From: an uncultured Poribacteria bacterium
GTDB lineage: Bacteria > Poribacteria > WGA-4E > WGA-3G
DNA length: 64,000 bases
Direction of reading: 5' to 3'
NCBI GenBank assembly: GCA_958296135.2
Contig: CATQHZ020000001.1
Location: 4,128,001 to 4,192,000, forward strand
Below are positions 19,676-27,644 of the stretch, piece by piece. The notes under the pieces were generated by a model. That model was not told the DNA's origin and made no database searches. It saw only the letters and a list, made by a program, of their open reading frames with translations. Numbering within the stretch: position 1 is the first letter of the stretch; every line of letters starts with the position of its first letter. The position numbers and the translations under genes were made by a program.

Positions 19676-20707
19676 TTAAGGGACTGTTTTTTGGAACGGC
19701 ACCAGCATCTCACAAATCAGCAACAGGAGCGCGATTCCGACAAACAACTGGAACCGTTCCGCGTAGCCGCCATCGGAAGTCCCCACCTTGAATTTCCGCG
19801 TCGCCAACTGTGCGAGTTCTCCCGCAAGCCGCCCACTTTGCTGAGAGATTTCCGTTTCATGATAATAACGTCCGCGTCCCTGTTCGGCAACATCGCGCAG
19901 TGTCTCTTCGCCGAGTTCGGTTAGCACCAACTGTCCGTTGACATTCCGCTTATACCCGGTGCCGCTTGCGAGCGGAATAGGCGCGGGCTTCCCCGAATTT
20001 CCAATGCCGATGCAGTAAACATGCACGCCGGCACTCGCAGCTGCTTTTGCCGCTTCAATCGCTGTGTCCCCGTGGTCTTCGCCGTCTGTCCACAAGATTA
20101 ACGCTTTATGTGCACTGTCTCTTTCCTGTGTGGGCGCGTTTCCCCGGTCGGTGCGCGATTCCCTATTCAGGCGGGCAACGGCAGTTTCAATCGCATTTCC
20201 AATCTGCGTTCCGCTGTGAACGAGCGTCTTCGCCGCTATCGCCGACACGAATTCTTTGAGCGTAGAGGTATCGGTTGTCAAGGGACAGACGACGAAACTC
20301 GCCTCAGCAAACAGCAGCAACCCGATGCGGTGCCCCTGCATCTGTTCAATCAGCGCGAAAATGGCGCGTTTTGCGCGGCTCAATCGACTCGTTTCTTCCC
20401 CATCTTCGGCCAGCATACTCGTTGAAATATCAAGCGCGAGCATGATATCCACAGTCTGCCGTTGCACCGGTTCCCGTTTTTCGCCAAACTGCGGTTGCGC
20501 GGTAGCGAATGTTACGAGAAGATAGCTCGCCATTAGCAATCCTGCTTGGATTTTGCGCCTTCGTGCATAAGTCGGGTTGAGAATGCTGTGAAATCGTTCG
20601 CGCGCCTTCCGCTTCTGCCTTATCCCGAAGAGCGTTAAGAGGAAGATGGGCGGCACACTCCACAGCCAATGGAGGAATTCGGGAGAGCCAAAGTCAATCC
20701 AGGTCAT
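19676..20707 (-). CDS. VWA domain membrane protein (BatA/BatB-like)
   Basis: N-terminal F.SPEFL.WL BatA-like TM region, AQPQFG, MIDAS DISTSM, CPLTTD, TDGEDH, C-terminal TM helix. Start placed at ATG 20707 because the upstream ORF extension is repeat sequence. Confidence 0.85.
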   Translation of the reverse strand: MTWIDFGSPEFLHWLWSVPPIFLLTLFGIRQKRKARERFHSILNPTYARRRKIQAGLLMASYLLVTFATAQPQFGEKREPVQRQTVDIMLALDISTSMLAEDGEETSRLSRAKRAIFALIEQMQGHRIGLLLFAEASFVVCPLTTDTSTLKEFVSAIAAKTLVHSGTQIGNAIETAVARLNRESRTDRGNAPTQERDSAHKALILWTDGEDHGDTAIEAAKAAASAGVHVYCIGIGNSGKPAPIPLASGTGYKRNVNGQLVLTELGEETLRDVAEQGRGRYYHETEISQQSGRLAGELAQLATRKFKVGTSDGGYAERFQLFVGIALLLLICEMLVPFQKTVP

Positions 20708-20723
20708 GAGTGTCCCTTCAAAC

Positions 20724-20950
20724 CCGCCTTTAACCGTAGCGCGAGGGCCGTCACGCCGAAACGCTGTCATCTCTGCCGCCTCGCTGCAGAGATGTCCACT
20801 GTCTCTCGCGATGCTCCGGCTGGGCGGCATGTTGAGGGACAGGCCCTCAACCTACGGCATTCCTGCCTTTAACCGTAGCGCGAGGGCCGTCACGCCGAAA
20901 CGCTGTCATCTCTGCCGCCTCGCTGCAGAGATGTCCACTGTCCCTCGCGA
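20724..20950. mobile_element. REP cluster: two REPs each carrying a 50-nt loop insertion, separated by an inverted REP
   Basis: REPs at 20735 and 20874 are interrupted between GGGCC and TGTC by identical 50-mers (20750-20799, 20889-20938); inverted REP at 20831-20856. Confidence 0.8.
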
Positions 20951-20982
20951 TGCCCAGCCTGAGACAACCGCCGGCGGTTTCA

Positions 20983-21975
20983 TTAATTGCCTAATATCGT
21001 ATTGCGGATGCGTTCAAAAACCTCAACCGCGTAGTGGAGATGTTCCTGAGAGGCGATGTTAAAAGAGATGCCGAAATTCTTCACCGTCACATTCGGCAGA
21101 TTTGCGCGGCACTCCACAATGTGAAGCGGCGTAAAATCGCCATGGATATCTACCCGAAAGTGCGTTGCGCGTTTTGAGGGATAGGTATCTAACCACCAGC
21201 ATCCGCCGATAGTCATGCGGAGTTTTGCGATGCGCGGGCGGACTGTCGCGCCGCACGATGTAGCATACCCGAAGAACTCGGAGGCGACGTTGAGCAGCTC
21301 CTTGTTCGTCTCTAGCGTCTCCATAAACAGTTCCTGCGTCATAAACCGATGTGCAGTTTCCCGATACGTCCGTTCTTCCTCTTTCAGGACAGTCCCGCCG
21401 AGGACGGTTTCCGTGGCGACTAAAATTTCATCGGGCGCGTGGTAGGAAAAATAGGAGATATAGTTGATGTCAATGTTTAAACTCCGCATGTATTCGGCAA
21501 CTTCTAGTACGCGCGCGTCAACACCTTCGGAGACTAGCACCAGGCGTTGTTTCTGATTGAACGCCGATTTCGGGATATCGCCGATGGAATACTCGAAGAA
21601 CTCGCTATGCAGTGCCGCCAGCGACGTGAATTCTTTCCCCTGTTGTTGAAACCACCGGTAAGCCAGCTGCTCCAATTCAATGTAGACGAGTTGGGCTACG
21701 CCCGCGGCGTATTCCAAAATCTGCGCGATGGCGGTGCGCGATGGGCGGCCGCGCTTGAGCTCAATGATAACGCAGTTCCCCTGCCGGTCTAACGCCAGCA
21801 AATCGATCTTCTGTTTTGACGTGCTGAGGGGCGGCTGCCGGCTGATGACGCAAAGCGGCTCGCCGAGAACCAGCGTCGGATCTTGCTCCAGCAAGTCTTC
21901 AAAGTCCCGTTCCGCGCCGAAACGCAGCGGTTCAAGTCTCCCAAATTTTCTCTCTTCCCAGCGATAAACTTCCAT
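20983..21975 (-). CDS. NucS/DUF91-like PD-(D/E)XK endonuclease domain protein
   Basis: ERDFEDLL, IDLLALDRQGNCVIIELKRG, AIAQILEYAA. Confidence 0.75.
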   Translation of the reverse strand: MEVYRWEERKFGRLEPLRFGAERDFEDLLEQDPTLVLGEPLCVISRQPPLSTSKQKIDLLALDRQGNCVIIELKRGRPSRTAIAQILEYAAGVAQLVYIELEQLAYRWFQQQGKEFTSLAALHSEFFEYSIGDIPKSAFNQKQRLVLVSEGVDARVLEVAEYMRSLNIDINYISYFSYHAPDEILVATETVLGGTVLKEEERTYRETAHRFMTQELFMETLETNKELLNVASEFFGYATSCGATVRPRIAKLRMTIGGCWWLDTYPSKRATHFRVDIHGDFTPLHIVECRANLPNVTVKNFGISFNIASQEHLHYAVEVFERIRNTILGN

Positions 21976-22048
21976 GTTTTTATTGCGTTTGGCAGCGGAC
22001 CCGGCTCTGCGTCTCGGCTGACGCGGGGTATGCCTTGGCTCAGATTGT

Positions 22049-23761
22049 TTACAAACTTAATTCCGCGTTCAACCACTCAATTCGTTGGCGATAGGCCGCC
22101 ACTTCTGCCGTGATGCGTGCTGCATCCCATTCGGAGAACGCTCCGAGAAATCGCGCTATCTTGGGTGCGATGTCAACGCCTTGCCCCGCTGTCAATCCGA
22201 TGCGGGTGCGCCGCCAGAGGAAATCTTCCAGATTCATCGCCATTTCTCCCCAAAATGCGTAGCGGACTTCCGCCTTCACGAACGGAAAGGCTGCTGTCAA
22301 GGCTTCTGAAAGGGTTGCATCTTCAGCCATCCACTTCCGGATGACATCGGCACCTGCGTCGCCATACCGCCGAATAAGGCGCGTTACTGCGGGATTACAC
22401 CCCTCGCCTACCGGCGCTAAGTTCAGTAACGGCAGTGTTGCTGTTTGACAGTGCCGCGCGATGCCCAGTTTTTCTGCAAGCCTGTCCACCGTTTCCTCCG
22501 CTATTTGTCGATGCGTCGTGAATTTCCCGCCGTAGATATAGATAACCCCGCTCGCGCTTTCAGCTATGGTATGCCCTCTTGAAACGTAGTCTCCGTAAGA
22601 TAGAGGGAGGTATCCGCGTCTTTTCTGGGCGATGAGGGGCCGCACGCCCGCGTAAGCGGAAATAACGTCGGAGCGGTTTAACGCGGCGTTCGGAAAAACT
22701 CGCTTTGCTCCCGCCAATAAATAGTCCACTTCCGCAGCAGTGGGACGGACAGCGTCTGGTGCTCCCTCCGGATGCGTTTCGGTGGTGCCGAGGAGCAACA
22801 GGTTTTGGTATCCGTTCGTCGTCTCTCCGGCACTCGCACCCACCGGCAAGAGAAAAATAACACGCGGTTTTCCCTGATGCGATTTCTCTGAACGCGTGAG
22901 CGTCGCGATGCCGTAGTGACTCCCCGGCACGCGCGGCACAAGGATGTGAATCCCTTTCGCTTTCTGGGTTGTTAACTTCGGCACGCCATCATGGCACTGC
23001 TCCTTCTCCCACACCTTGTCTGTCCATGGGCCTGTTGCTGAGACGATGTGCTTCGCGCGCACCTCAAATTCATCGCCCGTGAGACTATCTGCAACTTGAA
23101 CAACTGTTTCAGCCCTGGTTTGTCGCACAAAGTTAAGAAAACGGACGTAGTTGGCAACTCTCGCGCCGTGCGTATGTGCATCCTTCAGCGTGAGCAGGCA
23201 CAACCGGGCATCATCCACCGTGCTATCCCAAATGACAGCGGCCCCCTTCAACCCCGCTGTCTCAATCGGACCGAGGTGCCGCTGAATTTCCACAACATCG
23301 CGGATAACCTCAGCCTTCTCCCTCCTATCTGTCTGCGAAAGATGGTTATAGAAATGCGCCGCCATCTGGATGCCTGTGAGAGGATACCTATCGCCAGCGT
23401 AACAGAGGATAGCGATAGGCAGCGGCCTGACAACGTTCGGCGCAATGCGTAACAGCACCTCGCGTTCCCGCCGCGCCTCCTTCACCAGCGCAATGTCGCC
23501 TTTGGACAGATACCGAAATCCGCCATGCACCAACTGCGAGGTAGCACTACTCGTCCCGCTGCCAAAATCGCCTTGCTCAATGAGCCCGGCGCTGATGCCG
23601 CCGTTCAGTGCCAAATCACGGATAATGCCCGCGCCGACGATTCCCCCACCAATGACAAGCACGTCTAAGTGCGCTGTCTTTAAGGTTTCTATATTTTCGG
23701 CGCGAGTGCGAGCAGAAAATTCTGTATTTTTGTTGTTCACAAGGCGTTGTGCTGCTTCCAT
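22049..23761 (-). CDS. glpD: FAD-dependent glycerol-3-phosphate dehydrogenase/oxidase
   Basis: DVLVIGGGIVGAG, DFGSGTSS...LVHGG.RYL, DDARL, ATGPW, KGIHI, AGVRPL, GGKFTT, DFLWRRTR. Confidence 0.88.
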   Translation of the reverse strand: MEAAQRLVNNKNTEFSARTRAENIETLKTAHLDVLVIGGGIVGAGIIRDLALNGGISAGLIEQGDFGSGTSSATSQLVHGGFRYLSKGDIALVKEARREREVLLRIAPNVVRPLPIAILCYAGDRYPLTGIQMAAHFYNHLSQTDRREKAEVIRDVVEIQRHLGPIETAGLKGAAVIWDSTVDDARLCLLTLKDAHTHGARVANYVRFLNFVRQTRAETVVQVADSLTGDEFEVRAKHIVSATGPWTDKVWEKEQCHDGVPKLTTQKAKGIHILVPRVPGSHYGIATLTRSEKSHQGKPRVIFLLPVGASAGETTNGYQNLLLLGTTETHPEGAPDAVRPTAAEVDYLLAGAKRVFPNAALNRSDVISAYAGVRPLIAQKRRGYLPLSYGDYVSRGHTIAESASGVIYIYGGKFTTHRQIAEETVDRLAEKLGIARHCQTATLPLLNLAPVGEGCNPAVTRLIRRYGDAGADVIRKWMAEDATLSEALTAAFPFVKAEVRYAFWGEMAMNLEDFLWRRTRIGLTAGQGVDIAPKIARFLGAFSEWDAARITAEVAAYRQRIEWLNAELSL

Positions 23762-23889
23762 TTGGCAAATCCGCTTGACTGAGCGGTTCGCATTGACGTT
23801 GTCAATACTTACGTTTCTGCCTCAATCCAAACCTATTAAAGGCGGCACGACACGAGAGCTCCCTCGCGCACCGAGTATCCAGCAACTTT

Positions 23890-25293
23890 TCATTTCACGT
23901 TTTCAATTCCCCGCGCATAGCGGGCCAGCGGTTCCGCATGCGCGACACTCTTGCGGATGGCAGTGAGAACGCCTGCCGCCGCGTGCGGCACAGGGTTCGT
24001 CAACAACGGCAAGAACACCAACCGGGAACAGGCTTTCTCGGTGACAGGCAATGCGCCGACGGAATACCCTTCATACGTTCCACCCATCGCTGGCGTGCAG
24101 AGTGCGCCGCGTCCCTCTGTGTAAATGTCAAGGCCCTGCGCGAATAAGGGCAGCGTGTGCAGTAACGGATACGGATTGCTATTTGTTGACATGCCTCCTG
24201 AAAAAACCGGCACGCCATCTCCTACCACAGCAGGATAAGGGTTGTTATTCGCCAAGACTCCCTCTTTGCGGAGCGCATCGGCGAAGACTTGTGCAGGAAG
24301 GCCGTGCAGCTCTTCTTCGCGATAGTGAACAGGAAACCCGAAGAACCCCGCCGGTTCCGCGCCCGGATATCTTGAAACGGAATGCACACCCGGCACCTCT
24401 CGCAAGCCATTTGAAATTTCGTCAATATAGGCGCGGCGGCCAGCATTGAGCGCATCCAACTTCTGCATCTGCACCGAGGCAATCCCGATGGCCAGCGGGT
24501 GCGCGCGAAACTTAACGCCGAGCCCCATCATCGGGAGGTACGCGTAGTTTCGATGTTCTGCATCAATATCCACTGTCCTGTTGACTTGGCCGAGCAGACA
24601 AGCGCGTTCAAAAAGCGCAGCACTATTTGTCGCCAGCATGCCGCCTTCGCCGGCACTGACTGATTTGCTCCCTTGTAAACTCCACGCACCCGCGTGCGCG
24701 ATGCTACCGCACGGCGTGCCTTTGTAAGTTGCCCCGTGCGCGTGCGAACAATCTTCAATAACAGGCACCCCAGTCTCTTCGCTGAGTGCCATCAGCGCAT
24801 CCATGTCGCAAACGTTGCCCCACAGATGCACGGCGATAATTGCCTTCGTGCGTTCAGTAATACGCCCCCGAACATCGGCGACATCGATGAGCAACGTGCT
24901 CGGGTCCACTTCACAGAAGACCGGCTTTGCCATCAACATCAGCGCGGGAGTGATGGAACCCATCCACGTGTAAGTCGGACAGATTACCTCATCGCCAGGG
25001 CCAACCCCAAGCCCGAACATCGCGCTATGAATCGCCGCTGTGCCGTTGACAACGCTTATCGCGAAGCGCGTCTGATGCCGTTCACGCCACATCGCCTCAA
25101 ATGCTTGAACGGTGGGCGACGCACCCGACAATTCATTGCGCAGCGTCATCTCATACGCAATCTGCGCCTCTGCCTCCGTCATTTGGTGCCACTGCTCCAA
25201 TCGAGGAAAGGGGGCCTCTGGCGTTCTTTCAAAGACAGGCGTGCCGCCGAGGGCGGCCGGTATTTCTGCTGAAGATTGTTTTAAATGCGACAT
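23890..25293 (-). CDS. DegT/DnrJ/EryC1/StrS family PLP-dependent aminotransferase
   Basis: NGTAAIH, GVGPGDEVI.P, VHLWGN, IEDCSHAHGA, SLQGSK (PLP lysine), GEGG. Start placed at ATG 25293. Confidence 0.9.
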   Translation of the reverse strand: MSHLKQSSAEIPAALGGTPVFERTPEAPFPRLEQWHQMTEAEAQIAYEMTLRNELSGASPTVQAFEAMWRERHQTRFAISVVNGTAAIHSAMFGLGVGPGDEVICPTYTWMGSITPALMLMAKPVFCEVDPSTLLIDVADVRGRITERTKAIIAVHLWGNVCDMDALMALSEETGVPVIEDCSHAHGATYKGTPCGSIAHAGAWSLQGSKSVSAGEGGMLATNSAALFERACLLGQVNRTVDIDAEHRNYAYLPMMGLGVKFRAHPLAIGIASVQMQKLDALNAGRRAYIDEISNGLREVPGVHSVSRYPGAEPAGFFGFPVHYREEELHGLPAQVFADALRKEGVLANNNPYPAVVGDGVPVFSGGMSTNSNPYPLLHTLPLFAQGLDIYTEGRGALCTPAMGGTYEGYSVGALPVTEKACSRLVFLPLLTNPVPHAAAGVLTAIRKSVAHAEPLARYARGIENVK

Positions 25294-25338
25294 TTGTGGT
25301 ATAATAAATTCATATTTTGTGTCATAATACTTACGTTT

Positions 25339-25367
25339 ATGATAACATTTCTCAAAATTTTTGTCAA
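25339..25367 (-). promoter_or_regulatory. Sigma70 promoter for the aminotransferase gene
   Basis: Minus strand TTGACA, 17-nt spacer, TATCAT with an extended -10 TG. Confidence 0.7.
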
Positions 25368-25584
25368 ATTTATTAACGATTGAGCTGCCCCTACTGTAGT
25401 TTACGCTCGCCCCATCGCAAACAGTGGGCATCTCTCCAGGTCCCGCAGAGATGACAACGTTAAGGCGTAACGTTCAAGCTCAGGCGAGCTGGTTTCCCTA
25501 CGCGGACCGGACGGTGGTTTCCAATTTTTTCGTTTCAGCAGTGAAAACTAAAACTAAATCGCACTGACACCTGAAACTTTGCTA

Positions 25585-26649
25585 ATGCCGAAGAATATCC
25601 GAAACGTCTCTCATTTTTTGCGACAATTGCTGCGGAATTTTATCCCATCGCTCATCGCGCTCTGCGGATTTTTCCTGCTCTGTGGGCTCGTGCTGCTCGT
25701 GAGGGGACAGAATCCGCTGGAGTTCTACTCTGTCATCCTCGTCAGTGGCTTCGCCACTTTCGACGACTTCGGCTACGTGCTGTTTAACGCAACGCCGCTG
25801 ATTTTCACCGGGCTCGCTGTCGCCATCGGCTACAAAGGTGGGCTGTTTAACATCGGGTGTGAAGGACAACTCTACGTCGCCGCCTTCGCCGCTACATGGA
25901 TAGGCATGTTTCTGAAGCTGCCATCTGTCGCGTTAATCCCATTCTGCGTGGGCGCGGCGTTCATGGCAGGGGCTTTCTGGGGCGCGGTGCCGGGATTCTT
26001 GAAAGCGAAATACGGCACACACGAAGTTATCAACACGATTATGATGAACTTCATCGCCTTCGCGTTGATGAATTACCTCGTCACATCCGTTTACCAAGAA
26101 CCGAATCAGATGAATCCGCAAACGCCGCCGATTCATGAAGCGGCGCGCCTCCCGCGGTTAGCAAGCGTGCTGCCGTTCGTTACACAGAGTAACCCGCTCA
26201 ACGCCAGTTTCCTATTCGCCTGCGGTTGCGTTATCCTCTGCCATATTTTCTTATCACATACCCGATGGGGATACGAGCTCCGTTTAGTAGGGAACGCGCC
26301 AGACGTTGCCACTTATGGCGGCATCAACACACGCGCCGTGATTGTGTGGACACTGGCGCTCAGCGGCGCGCTCGCGGGAATGGCGGGTGTCACCGAAGTG
26401 ATGGGATACCGCTACCGGTATTTGGATAGCTTCTCACCCGGCTGGGGTTTCACCGGCATTGCTGTCGCGCTCTTGGGCAGAAATCATCCGTTCGGCGTTT
26501 TGGCGGCGGCACTGCTGTTCGGATTACTCAGCAAAGTCGCATTAGATATTGAGATTCTACTGAATGTGCCGCGCGGGCTATTTCTCGCCGGGCAAGGGCT
26601 GCTGATTATCTGTCTCGTCAGCATCGATGGATTTTCTCGCAAACCGTAG
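25585..26649 (+). CDS. Nucleoside/simple-sugar ABC transporter permease (NupB-like)
   Basis: ATPLIFTGLAVA, GLFNIGCEGQ, EVINTIMMNF, GFTGIAVALLG. Confidence 0.85.
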   Translation: MPKNIRNVSHFLRQLLRNFIPSLIALCGFFLLCGLVLLVRGQNPLEFYSVILVSGFATFDDFGYVLFNATPLIFTGLAVAIGYKGGLFNIGCEGQLYVAAFAATWIGMFLKLPSVALIPFCVGAAFMAGAFWGAVPGFLKAKYGTHEVINTIMMNFIAFALMNYLVTSVYQEPNQMNPQTPPIHEAARLPRLASVLPFVTQSNPLNASFLFACGCVILCHIFLSHTRWGYELRLVGNAPDVATYGGINTRAVIVWTLALSGALAGMAGVTEVMGYRYRYLDSFSPGWGFTGIAVALLGRNHPFGVLAAALLFGLLSKVALDIEILLNVPRGLFLAGQGLLIICLVSIDGFSRKP

Positions 26650-26727
26650 GTAGGCTAGGGCGCATTGAAAGCGCGCTTTTTGGATTGTAAGGGCGGATGT
26701 CTCTATCCCCGCCCATGCTGAAAAAAA

Positions 26728-27570
26728 ATGGTTCTTGAACTCATTCCAACCACATTACGAATGACAACACCGCTCGGATTCGCCGCCCTCGGCGGGATTT
26801 ACTCCGAACGTTCCGGCATCATTAACATCGCGCTCGAAGGCATGATGCTCATCGGCGCGTTCGGCTATGTCATCGGCACACAAGCATCGGGCTCAACGTG
26901 GATAGGCATGCTCGTCGGCATCGGCTTCGGGATAGCGTTAGCACTGCTACACGCTGTCGCCACCGTCACCTTTCACGCCGAGCAGATTGTGTGCGGCGTG
27001 GCGATTAACATTCTGGCGTTGGGCATCACCGAGTTTATTTTGCCGACATCGGGACGCGTAGCGGGACTGCCACAGTGGCAGGTGCCGATTATCGGTTCGT
27101 ATAGTTTCCTTGTCTATCTCGTGCCAATGCTGATGGGGATAAGTCACATTTTCCTCTTTAAAACGCCGTGGGGGTTGCGGTTGCGCGCCGCAGGCGAATC
27201 GACAGAAACACTCGCCACGCTCAGTCTGAGCCGCGCCGCGTGGCAATATGCTGCCGTTATTTTAAGTGGCATCCTCACCGCGACAGGTGGCTGTTTTCTG
27301 GCATCTGAAGTCCACTATTTTACCAAGGGGATGACAGCCGGGCGCGGCTATGTCGCACTTGCTGCTGTCGTCTTCGGGAATTGGCGGCCGTTAAGCGGCG
27401 TTGCAGCGTGCCTTCTGTTCGGCTTCGCTGCCGCTTTTGAGCTTGCAAACCAGTGGAATATTCCCGTGCAGTTGCTCAATAGTTTGCCCTATATTTTAAC
27501 GATGGTGGTGCTTGCGGGATTGGTAGGCAAATCACGTCCGCCTGCCAGTTTAGGGAAGATGCGCACGTAA
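26728..27570 (+). CDS. Nucleoside/simple-sugar ABC transporter permease (NupC-like)
   Basis: SERSGIINIALEGMM, GLRLRAAGE, GRGYVALAAVVFGNW, LPYILT. Confidence 0.85.
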   Translation: MVLELIPTTLRMTTPLGFAALGGIYSERSGIINIALEGMMLIGAFGYVIGTQASGSTWIGMLVGIGFGIALALLHAVATVTFHAEQIVCGVAINILALGITEFILPTSGRVAGLPQWQVPIIGSYSFLVYLVPMLMGISHIFLFKTPWGLRLRAAGESTETLATLSLSRAAWQYAAVILSGILTATGGCFLASEVHYFTKGMTAGRGYVALAAVVFGNWRPLSGVAACLLFGFAAAFELANQWNIPVQLLNSLPYILTMVVLAGLVGKSRPPASLGKMRT

Positions 27571-27644
27571 AAAAGTCGCATTTTTTGTGCGGATCCGGTA
27601 GACTCTTTGCCATCACAGTAAATTCTCTGGAAGGAACCGAAAAA

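Noticed and set aside
18777-19924. ORFs of 63-180 aa overlapping the repeat array
   Set aside because: They are conceptual translations of the tandem REPs with no RBS or domain content.
20708-20830. N-terminal extension of the VWA ORF, and similar extensions of aapJ, livK, the aminotransferase, DUF4377, iolD, eda and the second CNNM ORF
   Set aside because: These extensions run through repeats, promoters or neighbouring genes; downstream starts fit family N-termini and RBS positions better, so they were not counted as in-gene REP insertions.
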